DNA of 62,995 nt, the filler included, from Hydrolagus affinis (lineage: Eukaryota), in the NCBI GenBank assembly GCA_012026655.1. It is 4 parts of 4 records of this genome, joined end to end, with 100 filler letters (N's around TTAATTAATTAA, not from the genome) between each part and the next. Parts side by side here need not be neighbours in the genome. Positions count along the whole stretch, not along the records: positions 10,425 to 35,829 come from JAAILG010009939.1; positions 35,930 to 52,226 come from JAAILG010016978.1; 2 more parts are not named here. One strand, 5' to 3'. Under the pieces are notes generated by a model. The model made no database searches, had not been told where the DNA came from, and worked only from the letters and a program-made list of their open reading frames with translations. Made by a program: the position numbers and the translations under genes. Below, piece by piece: positions 23,045 to 36,000 of this stretch; within the stretch, counting starts at the first letter, position 1, and each line of letters begins with the position of its first letter.

Positions 23045-23620
23045 TAACTCAATAGCAACAACAATAACAACTTCGATTTATATAGCGCACTCCAAGCTGG
23101 ACGGCGTCTTAGAGTGCTTCACTGTAACGGATCCCTGGGGGCAGCCATAGACTGGGAGACAAATGGGAGCGAAGGCACGGTCGAAAAGCAAGATTTGAAC
23201 TGAGTCCTGAAACTAGGAATAGAGGGGAAGAGGCGAAGTGGGTGAGGAAGGAAATTCCATATCCTCGTGTCACAGTGGCACAAGGCACGGCTGCCGGTGG
23301 TGGAGCGGAGGATTTAGGGAACAAGGAAGTTAACTGAACCGGAGGAGAAAAGGCAACGGGAGCTGGTTTGAGGAGAGAGGAGGAAGGGGATGTAGGTGGG
23401 TGCTGAGGAGTGGAGAGATTTGAAAACAAGATTGAGGATCTTGAATTCGATCCTCTTCGGGGAAGGGAGCCAGTGGATTCTGACAAGGACTGTAGTAATG
23501 GGGGAGCGGAGTTTGGTGCGTGTGAGAATGCGGGCGCCAGAGTATTGAATGAGTTGGATAATCGCATCCAAGTTACAGCTCAATGTGCTTGACAGGAACG
23601 GCTTTGTCTCGGAAGCCGGG
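23045..23620 (-). mobile_element. L2 LINE 3' fragment (duplicate at about 34795-35360)
   Basis: ILTRTKLRSPITTVLVRIHWLP...EFKILNLVFKSLH, resembling the L2 ORF2 C-terminus, with a GTT-rich tail. Confidence 0.7.
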
Positions 23621-23924
23621 GTGGCTGAATAGAATTTTATTGTGACACCCTCAGTGACATCAGTGGCATTGAAGTATCTATAATTGGAAATATTGGAGAA
23701 TTGGAGATATTAGGCAACTATTGATTGTGTATTGTGGGGAGAGGAGGTCGGGGAGGTAAGATGTTGCAGAGGCTTGGAGTGAATTAAAGCAAAGGAGTGT
23801 GTATTTCTGTGTGTATATGTGTATGCTGAGTAAAGAAACCAGCTTAAGTTTTCATATGGCCCTGTCCGAACCTGAGTCCACAAGTTTGCGAGGACAGTGC
23901 TGAACCCACTCGGAGTAGTTGAAT

Positions 23925-24255
23925 CATAATAATAATAATAATCCTGGCATTTGAAATAGCGCTTTTCACATCTTATCGACTGTGTCTGAAAGCGCTTCAC
24001 AGAAGATACTGTAAAGTGATTTGACTGTATAATTGTGGGCGAAACGTGGCAGCAAATTGTGCACAGCAGCGTCCGCACAAACATTCGTGGATTGAAATGA
24101 CGAATTTTATTATTGTGTTCTTTTTGGACGGATTATTGTTGTTCGTGTGTGTAGAATAAGGAAACTTGCCTAAGGTTTCGCCCTGACCTTCCAGGATTCG
24201 AACTAAGGTCGCACGCTTTTAAGGCAAGTGCTCTAACCACTGAGCTACAGTACTC
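23925..24255 (-). mobile_element. tRNA-headed Deu-core SINE
   Basis: Reverse-complement full copy. Confidence 0.7.
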
Positions 24256-24888
24256 ATTATATTACCAGCGATGCTTTTTTTTAAGGGTTTAATGTCGTCA
24301 AAAAATATACCTGCCAATCCACTGAAGAGGTTTCAGTTGAAAAAAAATATTATTATTATTATTATTATTAATGATTTGGATTTGTGTTAAGGTAGTACGG
24401 ATTCCAAATTTGTGGAAATTGTGATTCGCGGTCAAAAGTTTAATACAGTTTCAAAACGAAGCAGAGGGGAGCTGACGATAATTTTGTTTCACTCAACTGG
24501 GTGTTAGAATCTGGAATGGATTGCGTGAAAATGTGGTGGAGGCACATGATAGCTTTCAACTTGCTCTTTATTTATGGAGAACGGGTCTGTTAGGTTATGG
24601 GGGAGAGCTGGACAGTGGGATTGAGTTGGTCTGTTCAAAGTGCTGGCACAGACTAGATGGGCCGAATGGCCTCCTTTTGTGCCATATAATTCTATGATTC
24701 TGCGATTCTATGATTATTGCCTCCTGGTTTCAGCTCAGCGATCAATCAAGCAAATGCCTGTTTACTGTTGGTAAACCAGCCTAAATTTGCGCCCTTCCCG
24801 GGAATCGAACCCAAGTTTTCTCGCTTGACTGATGGAAATTGAGCCGACAAAGAGCAGCAACAATGAGATAGCTCAACATTGACCGCAC

Positions 24889-24934
24889 CTGCGATAAATG
24901 TTCCCAGCAAAAGACACACAACAAACAGCCCAAT
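24889..24934 (-). pseudogene. orphan family A leader exon (ATG>ATT)
   Basis: ATT GGG CTG TTT GTT GTG TGT CTT TTG CTG GGA ACA TTT ATC GCA G|GTGCG; no family A V exon follows downstream. Confidence 0.6.
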
Positions 24935-25664
24935 TGCTGGTCTTCAGCCTGTGTGTTTGTGTCTCAAACATGAGTTTGCTGACATCTCACAGTGATTGTC
25001 GTCAATGGCGGAGCCCACAGTCTCACGTCACCTGATTGACAGTAAAAACAGGTTTCAAATACAACTTATGACTTTTACACTGGATCCTATCACCAGTCAG
25101 GGGGAGGAGTGAATCCTCCTTCTCAACTCCTGTTAACTCTCCAAGCCAAAGCTTAAATTGTTAGAAAGATAACACTAATCATGTGATAACACTACTATCA
25201 ACACATGGAGCGTTGCTGTGTATCATAACGCTTCACATTTTATTATTTGGGCCTGAAAATAATCCCTCAAGTAAAAAATAGGAAATCATAATAAATTTGT
25301 CAATTCAATCCACGTTTGTTTGTGGGATACCGCTCTCTGCAATTGGCTGCTGCGTTTTGCGTTGGAAAAAAAACTGGAGTCAGCTCACTGGTCAGTACAT
25401 TCTGTGAAGCTGTTTGGGTCGCCTTGAAGACGTCTATAACAATTACCATGGTGCTTCCGAGCGTGCGCCGGCTAAACAGAGTTGTTTGTGTGTAAAGAAA
25501 GGACAAATGCAAATTGATCGCTCCAACCTATCCACAGGACTCCCCAGCTTGTGAACACAACCCAGTCAGCTCTGCTTGTTGCTTGGACAAGAAAGCGAGT
25601 GAGAGGAAGTCACGATTGTCTGCTGGGTTTCTGTACAGTGTATCAGCCCTCCTGTAAGAGTGTG

Positions 25665-25933
25665 GGCTCCAGGGCACAGTGATACACGGCGCCGTCCTCC
25701 ACAAAAGCCCTGAGCCTCTGCAAGTTAATGACTTGATTCTCCTTGTTCATCGCGACAGTGAGACGGTCAGGAACACCAGGAGCTTGGACTTCAGTTAAAG
25801 AGGTATAGATCTTCAGCAAGTACTGAAGAGCTCCACCAGGATATTGCCTGTACCAGTAGAGAGTGTAAAATCCTGAAACACTGCAGTTTAATCTCACGTC
25901 CTGTCCCTCAAATACAGCCACCTCGGGAGGCTG
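25665..25933 (-). CDS. TCR V segment, open frame, atypical 5' end
   Basis: QPPEVAVFEGQDVRLNCSVSGFYTLYWYRQYPGG...DGAVYHCALEP; RSS CACACTC, 23 bp, ACAGAAACC; no phase-1 acceptor or intact leader found. Confidence 0.75.
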
Positions 25934-27242
25934 CTTATTAGGGGGAAATAACATAAAATAGGGGAAAAAAAAGGCATGGAAATTGCTTCTTCATCAATAT
26001 TAATCATTGGTGAGACAAACGGTTGTACATCTAAGCTGAAGCTGCAAAAGGTTATATGAGGGAATCTATGCCAACTGTAACATGAAACACCTGTTGCAGT
26101 GCAATGTTCATTAGTTACAGAAGTAACTTGATTTCATGTGTCATTAATGCACCACATACTGGAGTGTAGCTGCAACAGCACGTGTACAATTGGAGAGATG
26201 TGATCGCAAATTGGTTTGCTGCCTGCCTTTACTTGCCTGTTCCTGTCTCCTCCATTGGAAATGTTATACATTCGTCTCATTTCCCTGCATATACCTCAGG
26301 TTGGAGGGAAATTCGTCTCCAATCCAATTCCAACTGCTGTGCGTTTCGCCCACAAAATACACAGTCAATTCACTTTACATTGTATTCTGCGAAGCGCTTT
26401 CAGGCGTCTAGAAGACGGAAAATGCGATATATCAAATTCGAGGACCACTATCATTATTATTTACATTCCCTGACGTGTATCTGCTTATCTTTGATCCCCC
26501 AATGTAATTTATTTCTCTGCACTTTCCCATTATTCTTTGCTGTCAATAATAATTGGCTCCGAAAATGGGTAACTTTCTGGTTCAATCCTTCCGCCTTGCC
26601 ACCATTTACAACGGACACATCATGTGGCCTACTGTAGTTCAGTGGTTAGAACGCTTGCATTAAAATCTTGCGCCCTTTGTTCCGAATCCAGGTAGTACAG
26701 GGCGAAACCTTCGGGACATTTTCTTACTCCACATGCGTACTAATGATCCGTCACCAAATTCCTATTTTAGCAAGGCTATTTTAAGATATTTAATTCAAAA
26801 TAATATTTATTTAACAAAACTAAATCCTTACATTTGACAATACGCTATATCACATCTTCGAGATGCATCAAAGCAATCTACAGTATGTATATTAAGCGAT
26901 TTAACTGCGTATTTTGTGGGCGAAGCACTGCAGCTATTTGCTCGCATCAGTCATCCATTGGAAAGAATGTTGAATTTATTATTGGTGGTAGTTGTAGTAT
27001 TATATCGAAGGAAGTTATTCCCCTGGAAAAAAGATTCACGGATCAACTATCGAAGGGTTTCCTAGTTATTGCGCAGAAAACCGATTCCCGTGTGTGGATT
27101 CAGAAATTTTGCTCAACATTTCGCATTGTCGGGAATCGAACCCAATTGCATCTCATTAGTGAGGCGAGTGCATTCTCTGCCGAGTTACAGGACTCCACAT
27201 GGTAGTTTTTGTAGGACGGTAGCGCTGATCTGTGTCTCTGTG

Positions 27243-27554
27243 GGGCTCAGTGCACAGTAATACACCGCCGAGTCTGTGACTCTCACTTGTAATATATTTA
27301 GTGGAACGGTTCGCCGAACTTTATCCAAATTAGTTGAGAAACGTTCTTTTGCAAATTCTGCACGAAACTCCTTGTTGGTGCTGGTGTACACCATCAGGAT
27401 ATATTCTGGAGCTGCGTTGGGATAGTGACGGTACCAGAATATATATGTGTTGCTGTCGCTTGTAGCTGTATAATTACACGGCAGACAGGCATATTCTCCT
27501 TCACTCACTGCCACAGTAGATTGGAGCTGTGCCACAGAGTCTCCTACACAAAGC
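27243..27554 (-). CDS. TCR V segment, open frame (5' flank in gap)
   Basis: LCVGDSVAQLQSTVAVSEGEYACLPCNY...FWYRHY...DSAVYYCALSP; RSS CACAGAG (27236-27242), 23 bp, ACAAAAACT. Confidence 0.87.
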
Positions 27555-28563
27555 NNNNNNNNNNNNNNNNNNNNNNNNNNNNNNNNNNNNNNNNNNNNNN
27601 NNNNNNNNNNNNNNNNNNNNNNNNNNNNNNNNNNNNNNNNNNNNNNNNNNNNNNACCCCCACGTAGCTCTCCTCTTCCCATAGCTCTCGCCTCCCCACAG
27701 AGCTACCACACTTCCCATAGCGCCTCTCAGCCCCACACCCTCCACACACACCTCAGTCTCGGAATGAGGTTCAAGCAATAACTCTCTTGCACCATTGAAG
27801 ACTCAAATTTGCTCTCCGGGCTTAAGGGAGGAAAATATATATAAATTGTTGTATTTGTTCTTGTCATCAAAGGGGCAATATATCACAACATATTCTGCTG
27901 TAACTTAACTTAAATGTGTATAGATTGGGGAGCGTGACAGCCAGATAACACTGTTCAAGTGCGGATGGGTTCCAGACACAGTTGTGAATGGAAACAATCA
28001 CCAGAAAGCACTACATATTTTGCAGCTCCCTACGCTATGGAAAGTAGTCAAGGGGCGCTGTTCGATCAGGGATTTTGGAGCCCAGACACAAGTAGGCTGC
28101 TCAGGTGGGGTGGAGTGCTGGGGTGGTGCGGATGGAATAGTGACTAACTACACGGTCAAAGGAGAGAATTACAAAAAGAAAATTACATTACTCTGGCGAA
28201 CTGCACACTGGGCAGAGGTCCCAGGCTACTGGACTGTTAGTGTTTCGCACCAAAGTTTGGGCTCGGAATCGAGAAGGTTGACTGGCAGTGGGAGTTGGAG
28301 ATTGATTAGAAGCACAGTCGATATAGAGTATCTGGAGATGGGTCTTGAGGGATGTGAAAGAGAGAGGGGGCGAGACAAACGGACAGAAATATAGAGCTCC
28401 ACGGTGTGGGGGCGGAGAATCAGCCGACCATCAATGATATCTTTAGTTTAATGGATCATTTAATAGAATCCCCGCAGGGCCTCAAGGCCAAGATTCCGCA
28501 CACTTTCCAATAGAAAATGAAGGTAGTTTCTGTTGGAGAATTGCAGTGCAGTCAACCAATGTG

Positions 28564-28879
28564 GTGAGAATGAAATCACAGTGATACACTGCACTGTCAG
28601 ATACCAGTAGCACAGAGAAGGATAAACTGGTGATAGAACTAGATTCCTGTAGCTGAGCAGCGAAACGGTTCCCAAATCCTGTTCGTTTCACTAGTTCGCC
28701 ATCACCAGAATATATTTCCGGACTGTAAACACTGGTTATTTGTCTGGGCAAAGCATGTACCTGAAGAGATAGTAATTGCTGGCAGTAGTGGTGTAGGTAC
28801 ACACAAGATTGGCAGCTTCTCCTTCTTTCTTAACCATCGTCGGCATCATTAAAACTGACAGAATCGGCGTCGCAGAGTT
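28564..28879 (-). pseudogene. TCR V pseudogene, family A
   Basis: Near-copy of 10969-11283 with frameshifts; heptamer CACATTG at 28557-28563. Confidence 0.85.
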
Positions 28880-29994
28880 CTGGAATAAACCAGGAAAAGC
28901 ACGGCGAAATATTATACACCAAATTCACAGTTCATTTGCCAGCAGTGGAACAATAGTTAGCAGTGCGTTTTACACAGTGTGTTATAGCTTCGTTCAGACG
29001 CTGTAATGCGCTGTCCAGAATAAGCAATCGAGTGATAAACTGTAGATTTTGTCGGAAGAACATGTCAGCTAGTTTTGCACAGCAGTGCCTCACAAAGACT
29101 TGTGCGATGAGTTATTAAACTATTTTCGAACATACATAAGGCATTACTACCATCGGAAAAGATATCTGCCTATGTGGAAAACAAAGGTTAAAATCGAGAA
29201 GTAATTTTATTTTATTATTATTAAGGCATGGGTTCAACCTGGTGATAAATCCACTGCATTCCTACATTCAAGATCCTGGTCCTCAGACATAAAGCCCTCC
29301 ACAACCTCGCCCCACCATATATGACACCTATCCCTTTACTAAACTGACCTCCCCCACACTCCGTCCAGCAGCCTCTGGCCTACTCCATGTAACTCTACCC
29401 TTCCACACTATGAGCGAACCTTCAGCCACTCTGCCCCCAACATTTGGATCACCATCCCGAAGTCCCTCTGCCTCGCTGCGTTTTCCGGCCTCCTTCAAGT
29501 CTCGTCTCCAGATTCTCCTATTTAATTGACACATCGGCAACTGCTAATCCATTCTCCCCACCCACTGTCCTCAGCTTGGGTCTGAAGCAATAAGCCCTGA
29601 CTGAAAGGCGCTATACAAATGTAATTTTGTTGTTTCTATTGTGTATTGGACAGTTTCATTACTGCGGATTATTTGGGAGTTTCGTTTTGGAAGAAGGTTG
29701 AAATAACTTTGCGAGCTGGAGATGAAGATTTGCACATGCCTCACAGCAATTAGTGAACTCGATCACTAATTGCTGTATTCATTGATTGTAACGTATAATG
29801 ATGTGAGAGTTTAGCTGATAAGCTGATGGGAGGTTAATGTGGTTTCCTCTGAGTCTGGCTGCTGAAGCGTCTGCTCCCCGCAGGGCCTCAAGGCCTAACC
29901 AAGATTCCGCACACGTTTCAAACAGATGGATCGTCCCCTATATATAAAATGAAGCAGTTTTTGTACGAGCCCCGCAGTGTAGTCAACCACAGTG

Positions 29995-30307
29995 GAGAGA
30001 CTAAAGGCACAGTAATACACTGCGCTGTCAGATACCAGCAGCTCAGAGATGGATAAACTGGTGGAAGAACTCGATTTCTGTAGCTGCGCAGAGAAACGGT
30101 TTCCAAATCCTGTGCCTTTGACTGGATTGCCACCCCCAGAATATCTCCGGACTATAAACTCTGGTTGTTTGTCTGGGTAACGTCTGTACCAGAAGAGATA
30201 GTAATATCTGGCAGTAGTGGAGTATGTGCAAACGAAATCGACGGTATCTCCTTCTTTCTTAACCATCGTGGCAGCTTTCTGACTGACAGAATCGGCGTCA
30301 CAGAGTT
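29995..30307 (-). CDS. TCR V family A, apparently functional
   Basis: TTACAG acceptor; LCDADSVSQKAATMVKKEGDTVDFVCTYSTTARYYYLFWYRRY...DSAVYYCAFSLS; RSS CACTGTG, 23 bp, ACAAAAACT. Confidence 0.9.
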
Positions 30308-30737
30308 CTGTAATAAACGAGGGAAAGCATAGCTAAACATTGATAGAATAATAGAATATTTTGGCACTAAATGAGGCTATTCGGACAATCGAGACTGTGC
30401 CGGCTCTTTCAACAGAGCAATTCAATCCCACTCGCCAGTTCTCTCTCCCCATAACTGTGCATACTGCCCTCCACAAATAAGCGGCTACATCTCTTTTAAA
30501 ATATATTTTTGCTTCGGCCTACCCCACCGCTTCAGGCAATGCATTCCAGATCCCAAATATGCGATGAATGAAAAAACGTTTCTTCAACTCCCCTGTACTT
30601 CTATTAGAAACTGTTGGATCATCTCAATTGTGGACTGATTCCTCTGTCCACTCAGCTTCAGGTCTCCCTCCAACAATTGTTGTTGCAATGTAGCAGACAA
30701 TCAGCAGCGACACTGAGTTAGCTCAACACGACCTCAC

Positions 30738-30783
30738 CTGCCGTAAAGGTTCCCAGCACTAGACAGACAGCAAACAGCCTCAT
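30738..30783 (-). CDS. leader exon of V 29995-30307
   Basis: MRLFAVCLVLGTFTA + G|GTGAG, phase 1. Confidence 0.82.
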
Positions 30784-31635
30784 TGCTGCTCCTCAGCCAT
30801 CGCTGTTGTGTCTGTGACATCAGTTTGCTGGGAATCAATATGCGTCACTGGCAGATCCCACAGTCCCACGTCACCTCATTGACATATCAGTTGCTTTTAC
30901 ATTGTGCAATACTCCATTAATGTTAGTGTGGCGGAGGTGTGTGGGGTGGTGGGCTGGTGGGAATTGGGGTGCAGGGAATCCTCCCACTCAGCTCCTGGTA
31001 ACCTTACAATCAAACCTTACAAATATACAGTCAATTCACTTAACATTATGTATTCCATGAAGCGCTTTGTGACGTCGATAATCTGTGAAAAGCGCTAGTT
31101 TTGGCTTTATAATCAAATGCAAGTATTATTCATATTATTCTAATCCAATAAATGATGGTCATGAACATCGGATTAGTTTACGTATACACAAATGGAAAGA
31201 GCGTTTTTAATTTCACGCCAAGTAATATTTTGTACTAATTCATGCACATCCTCCATCTTATAGCTCAAAATGTACGGTTAGCACTTTTAATTAGATTTCG
31301 AAAAGTTGTAAAATAACATTTTTCATCCATTCGAAGATCTTCATGTATCTCCAGTGTTGATTCCTGCATGAACTATTTCCTGAAAGATCATTGTTATATT
31401 GATAATTTTTCCTGTGTTATAGTTTATTTAAATAATTCCCTACATGAAGCCATGTGACTTGCTGTAGCCCTTGTTTTAGTGAATGCGTTCGGGAATTAAT
31501 CACGTGAATCCTCCGAGAGACACAGCAGCAAGTCAATTAGGTCAACTGTCAGGAATGACATCTGTGCTGTGATTAAACCATTAACTCCTCTTTGTAGGTT
31601 TATGTACGGTGGTGTAGCCTGAAGGTAACAATGTG

Positions 31636-31748
31636 CGAGTAATGCCACAATAGTATGTGGCTGCATCAGATAGAGCCGCAGCCAGCACAGTTACACTGGA
31701 TGTCTTGCTGCTAGTGTCCAAACTAGTGATGAATACATCTTTAGATTT
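31636..31748 (-). pseudogene. 3' half V fragment retaining a 23-RSS (duplicate of 19873-19985)
   Basis: ...DAATYYCGITR then CACATTG (31629-31635), 23 bp, ACATAAACC. Confidence 0.8.
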
Positions 31749-31909
31749 GAGCTTGCTTCGGATTCCTTTCCAGTCGGAAACTGTCAGAGTCAGCAGGGAT
31801 GGCACAGTTATACTGCAGACAATCCCCAGATTACATTGGGAAAACCACATTGGTAATTTAGAGCTAAGGACCTTTTTGTACGAGAACGCAATAGACTCCT
31901 ATCACAGTG

Positions 31910-32228
31910 TAGTGCACAGACAGAGCGAAAGCGCAGTGGTACACGGCAGCGTCACCCAGCTGAACATCAACGATAGTTAAAAAGAACCTTTTTTCAGATT
32001 TATTCATTTGAGAAGAAAAGCGGTTCCCAACGCCCTTCACTTTGCCATTGCTGTTTGAAGCACTCCGCCACAGAACCATTTTGGGTGTTTGACGTGAGTA
32101 TTGCCGGTACCAATACAAGTCATAGAACTGAACTATCGTGGAGTAGGTACAGTTAGTTTGAAATATTTGGTCCAATGTAAAGTTGACCGAGGAATAGGGT
32201 TGGGAAACTGAATCTCCACGACTCAGGC
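31910..32228 (-). CDS. TCR V family B, apparently functional
   Basis: GLSRGDSVSQPYSSV...YWYRQY...DAAVYHCAFALSVH; RSS CACTGTG (31903-31909), 23 bp, ACAAAAAGG. Confidence 0.87.
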
Positions 32229-32816
32229 CTGGAATAAGAATATCAAACATTGATGGTCAGTGGACGCCCTCATTTAGCTATATTACATGGTGCGTTATCT
32301 TTGCCTGACAACTCGAAACACTTCACACGATTCTTTATATCAAGTGTTCACTCTGTGCATTGAGCGACAAACACGGCATCCCAATAGCACACACAACTCT
32401 GGAAAGATTGGCGTATGGAGTATGGATAATTAACTCATATTTTGACCTGCCTGAAATGCACCCCAATATTCTCATTTTCCCGGCGACCCTCCAAACACAG
32501 CGCTACAAGATAAAACTAATAAAAGCTATGCAATCAATGATGAACAATGATGAGACCTTTGTTCGTATCCAGGCAGATCACAGCGAAACCTCAGGCAAAT
32601 TTATCTTGCTCCACATGCCTAAAAATAATCCGTCCAAAAAAAACACAACTCAATAATAAACATTGGTCCCTTCAATCCATAATTGCTCGTGGGACACTGC
32701 TATGCGCAATTGGCTGCCGCGATTCGCCCCAAAAGATACAGACAAGTTACTTTACAGTATATTCTGTAAAGCGGTTTGTGACGTCGATCACACGTGAAAA
32801 GCGCTATATCAAATGC

Positions 32817-32956
32817 AATTATTATTACTATTATTATTATCATCATTATCATCATTATCATCATTATCATCAGTATCATCATTATTATTATCATCATCGT
32901 TATTATTATTATTCTTATTAATATTATTATTATCATTGTTGTTGTTGTTCTTCTTC

Positions 32957-32993
<37 letters not shown>

Positions 32994-32997
32994 CATA
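32817..32997. repeat. (TAT/CAT)n microsatellite (SINE tail expansion)
   Basis: Trinucleotide array; the paralogous position 21036-21257 is an N gap. Confidence 0.95.
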
Positions 32998-33037
32998 GCA
33001 ATGACTGAAACATAGGATATTTGTCTGAATTGATTAC

Positions 33038-33083
33038 CTATCAATAAAGCAGCCAGTAACATCCAGATTAAAATTCCCCCCAT
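33038..33083 (-). CDS. leader exon of V 31910-32228
   Basis: MGGILIWMLLAALLI + G|GTAAT, phase 1. Confidence 0.8.
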
Positions 33084-36000
33084 CTTCTCAGCTCTACCTG
33101 AAGATGCCCAATGAACACTTGGAAGGTATTGATGGTGATTGGTTCCAGCACCCACAGTGCTGTCATTCACGGCATCCAATGGTTAAAGTGCGGAACTTCC
33201 ACGCGATCATGAACAGTTTTCAATGTATATTTAGAAGTTGCTTAATAGGCTACAACCAAAGGATTGTAGAATCTTAGCGAATAGTAGGAGGCCATATACA
33301 GACGGTTCATTGTGAACCGTAACAAGTCCCTTTTGTGAAAGAATATCTCAACATCTCCTATGTTATTATGTTGTCGATTGTATTCAATTTGTGAAATAAA
33401 TTAAAATGCTGTTAATGTTTAATATGTGTACGAAGTGTTGGATAGGATTAAGCAGTTTTGCAATTGACTGAAAATAGTTATTCTGGAGCTAGGTGCTGAG
33501 ATAACCCGTCTTACAAACAAGAGACCTCTGGTTTCGAAGCCTGGCAGCTTTGGGCCAAATTTTGGACACGTTTTCATAGTGCACACGCCGAAAAATAATT
33601 CACCGAATTTCTCGAAATTCTGTTTCCAAAAGAACAAAGCAATTGAGAACGATGGACATCTCAATGAGCTACACATGATGCAATGTCAAGTATTTTCATT
33701 GCAACTTTTTGCAACCTAGCAGCCAAACCTCTTTACAATACAGTATATTCTCTGTGAGACATTATAACTCACCGACATCAAAGATGAAACACAGCAGCAT
33801 TTCCATGTCAAGATTATCCAATCCACGACTGTTGGTTGGGACACTGATGAGCGTAATTGTCTACCGAGTTTCACTCACAAATATACAGTCAATTCACTTC
33901 ACAGTATATTCTGTGAAACGCATTGAGACAAAGTCTAGAGTCTGCGAAAAGCTCTATGTCAAATGCAAGGCTTACTATATTATGATTATTATTATCGATT
34001 ACATTCTGGGGCCTTGTTGTCAGGCTTACCATTGCAAGTTGGGGCTACAGTCAGTTACATATTCAATGACTTCATCGTCGCCAAATTTACTGTAAATAAA
34101 GCTATGCTTACAAATAATCACAAGTAATGGTATGGTTTCCATCAACGTCGTTTAGTCAGCGATTGCAACGCAAAACTACATGAAACAGCTCCATTCACGT
34201 TGGGAGGATGTCCCGTGTCGCTGGACTAGTTAGGCATTTGCTCTCGAATTGCGTTTTAGGATGAGGGAGGACTGGAATGCTTGGTGGGAGGGGGAGGGAT
34301 GGTCACTTTAGAGCCGATTGCAAACTAGGGCATTGATTAGGCATTAAAGTAGGAAAGGGTATTGAGTCTTCTTGTTCAACGTTATAGAACTTCATCCATA
34401 TTTATTTGCTTCCAATGTCTCTGTCAGTCTTCCTCAGCGCTCTTCACACACACATTGCGAAACCGGACACTAAGTTCCCTCTGTTAGAATGTCGCTGCTC
34501 ATTTCGTGTCATTCCATGTGATCCTTAAAATCCACCTGAACAGTCATGGAACGAGTGATCAACCTTTATTTCTGTGAGGGGGAATGCTAACCTAGAAAAC
34601 TGATCCATCGATCGATGTAGAACTGGTTTAGTACTTGCTGTGAGAGAGACAAAATCCGCGTGTGTGTGCGTGTGCGTGTGTGTGTGTGTGTGTTGTGTAA
34701 AGAGCCTTGATCAAGTTTTCACGTGACTTTATCCGAAACTTGGTCCTCAGGTTTGCCAGGCTAGTGCGGCACTCACTCTTAGTAACTCAATAGCAACAAC
34801 AATAACAACTTCGATTTATATAGCGCACTCCAAGCTGGACGGCGTCTTAGAGCGCTTCACTGTAACGGATCCCTGGGGGCAGCCATAGACTGGGAGACAA
34901 ATGGGAGCGAAGGCACGGTCGAAAAGCAAGATCTTGAACTGAGTCCTGAATCTAGGAATAGAGGGGAAGAGGCGAAGTGGGTGAGGAAGGAAATTCCATA
35001 TCCTCGTGTCACAGTGGCACAAGGCACGGCTATCGGTGGTGGAGCGGAGGATTTAGGGAACAAGGAAGTTAACTGAACCGGAGGAGAAAAGGCAACGGGA
35101 CCTGGTTTGAGGAGTGAGGAGGATGGGGATGTAGGTGGGTGCAGAGGAGTGGAGAGATTTGAAAACAAGATTGAGGATCTTGAATTCGAACCTCTTCGGG
35201 GAAGGTAGCCAGTGGATTCTGACAAGGACTGTGGTAATGGGGGAGCGAAGTTTGGTGCGGGTGAGAATGCGGGCGCCAGAGTATTCAATGAGATGGATAA
35301 TCTCATCCAAGTTACAGCTCAATGTGCTTGAAAGGAACGGCTTTGTCCAGGAAGCCGGGGTGGCTGAATAGAATTTTATTGTGACACCCTCAGTGACATC
35401 AGTGGCATTGAAGTATCTAGAATTGGAAATATTGGAGAATTCGAGATATTACGCATATTATGCAGAGATATTAGGCAAATATTGATTGTGTGTTGAGGGG
35501 AGAGGAGGTCGGGGAGGTAGGATGTTTCAGAGGCTTGGAGTGAATTAAAGCAAAGGAGTGTGTGTTTCTGCGTGTATGTGTGTATGCTGAGTAAAGAACC
35601 GAGCTTAAGTTTTCATATGGCACTGTCCGAACCTGAGTCCACAAGTTTGCGAGGACAGTGCTGGACCAACTCTGAGTAGTTGAATCGTAATAAAAAATAA
35701 TGATCCTGGCATTTGAAATAGCGCTTTTCACATCTTGTCGACTATGTCTCAGAGCGCTTCACAGAAGATACGGTAAAGTGATTTGACTGTATGTTTTTGA
35801 GCGAAACGCGGCAGCCAAGTGCACACAGCNNNNNNNNNNNNNNNNNNNNNNNNNNNNNNNNNNNNNNNNNNNNTTAATTAATTAANNNNNNNNNNNNNNN
35901 NNNNNNNNNNNNNNNNNNNNNNNNNNNNNTTCGTGTTTCACCCCCGCCCAAACACTCCCCTCCCAGCTCGGGTCACACTCCCCCTGTGCAGCGCCTTGAG

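Larger units (their letters stand above)
17990..24070. repeat. about 6 kb direct duplication, copy at about 29770-35829
   Basis: Leaders, Vs, SINEs and L2 fragments recur at offsets of about 11750-11770. Confidence 0.9.

Noticed and set aside
32794-33015. poly-Ile and poly-Leu ORFs
   Set aside because: Translations of a (TAT/CAT)n microsatellite.
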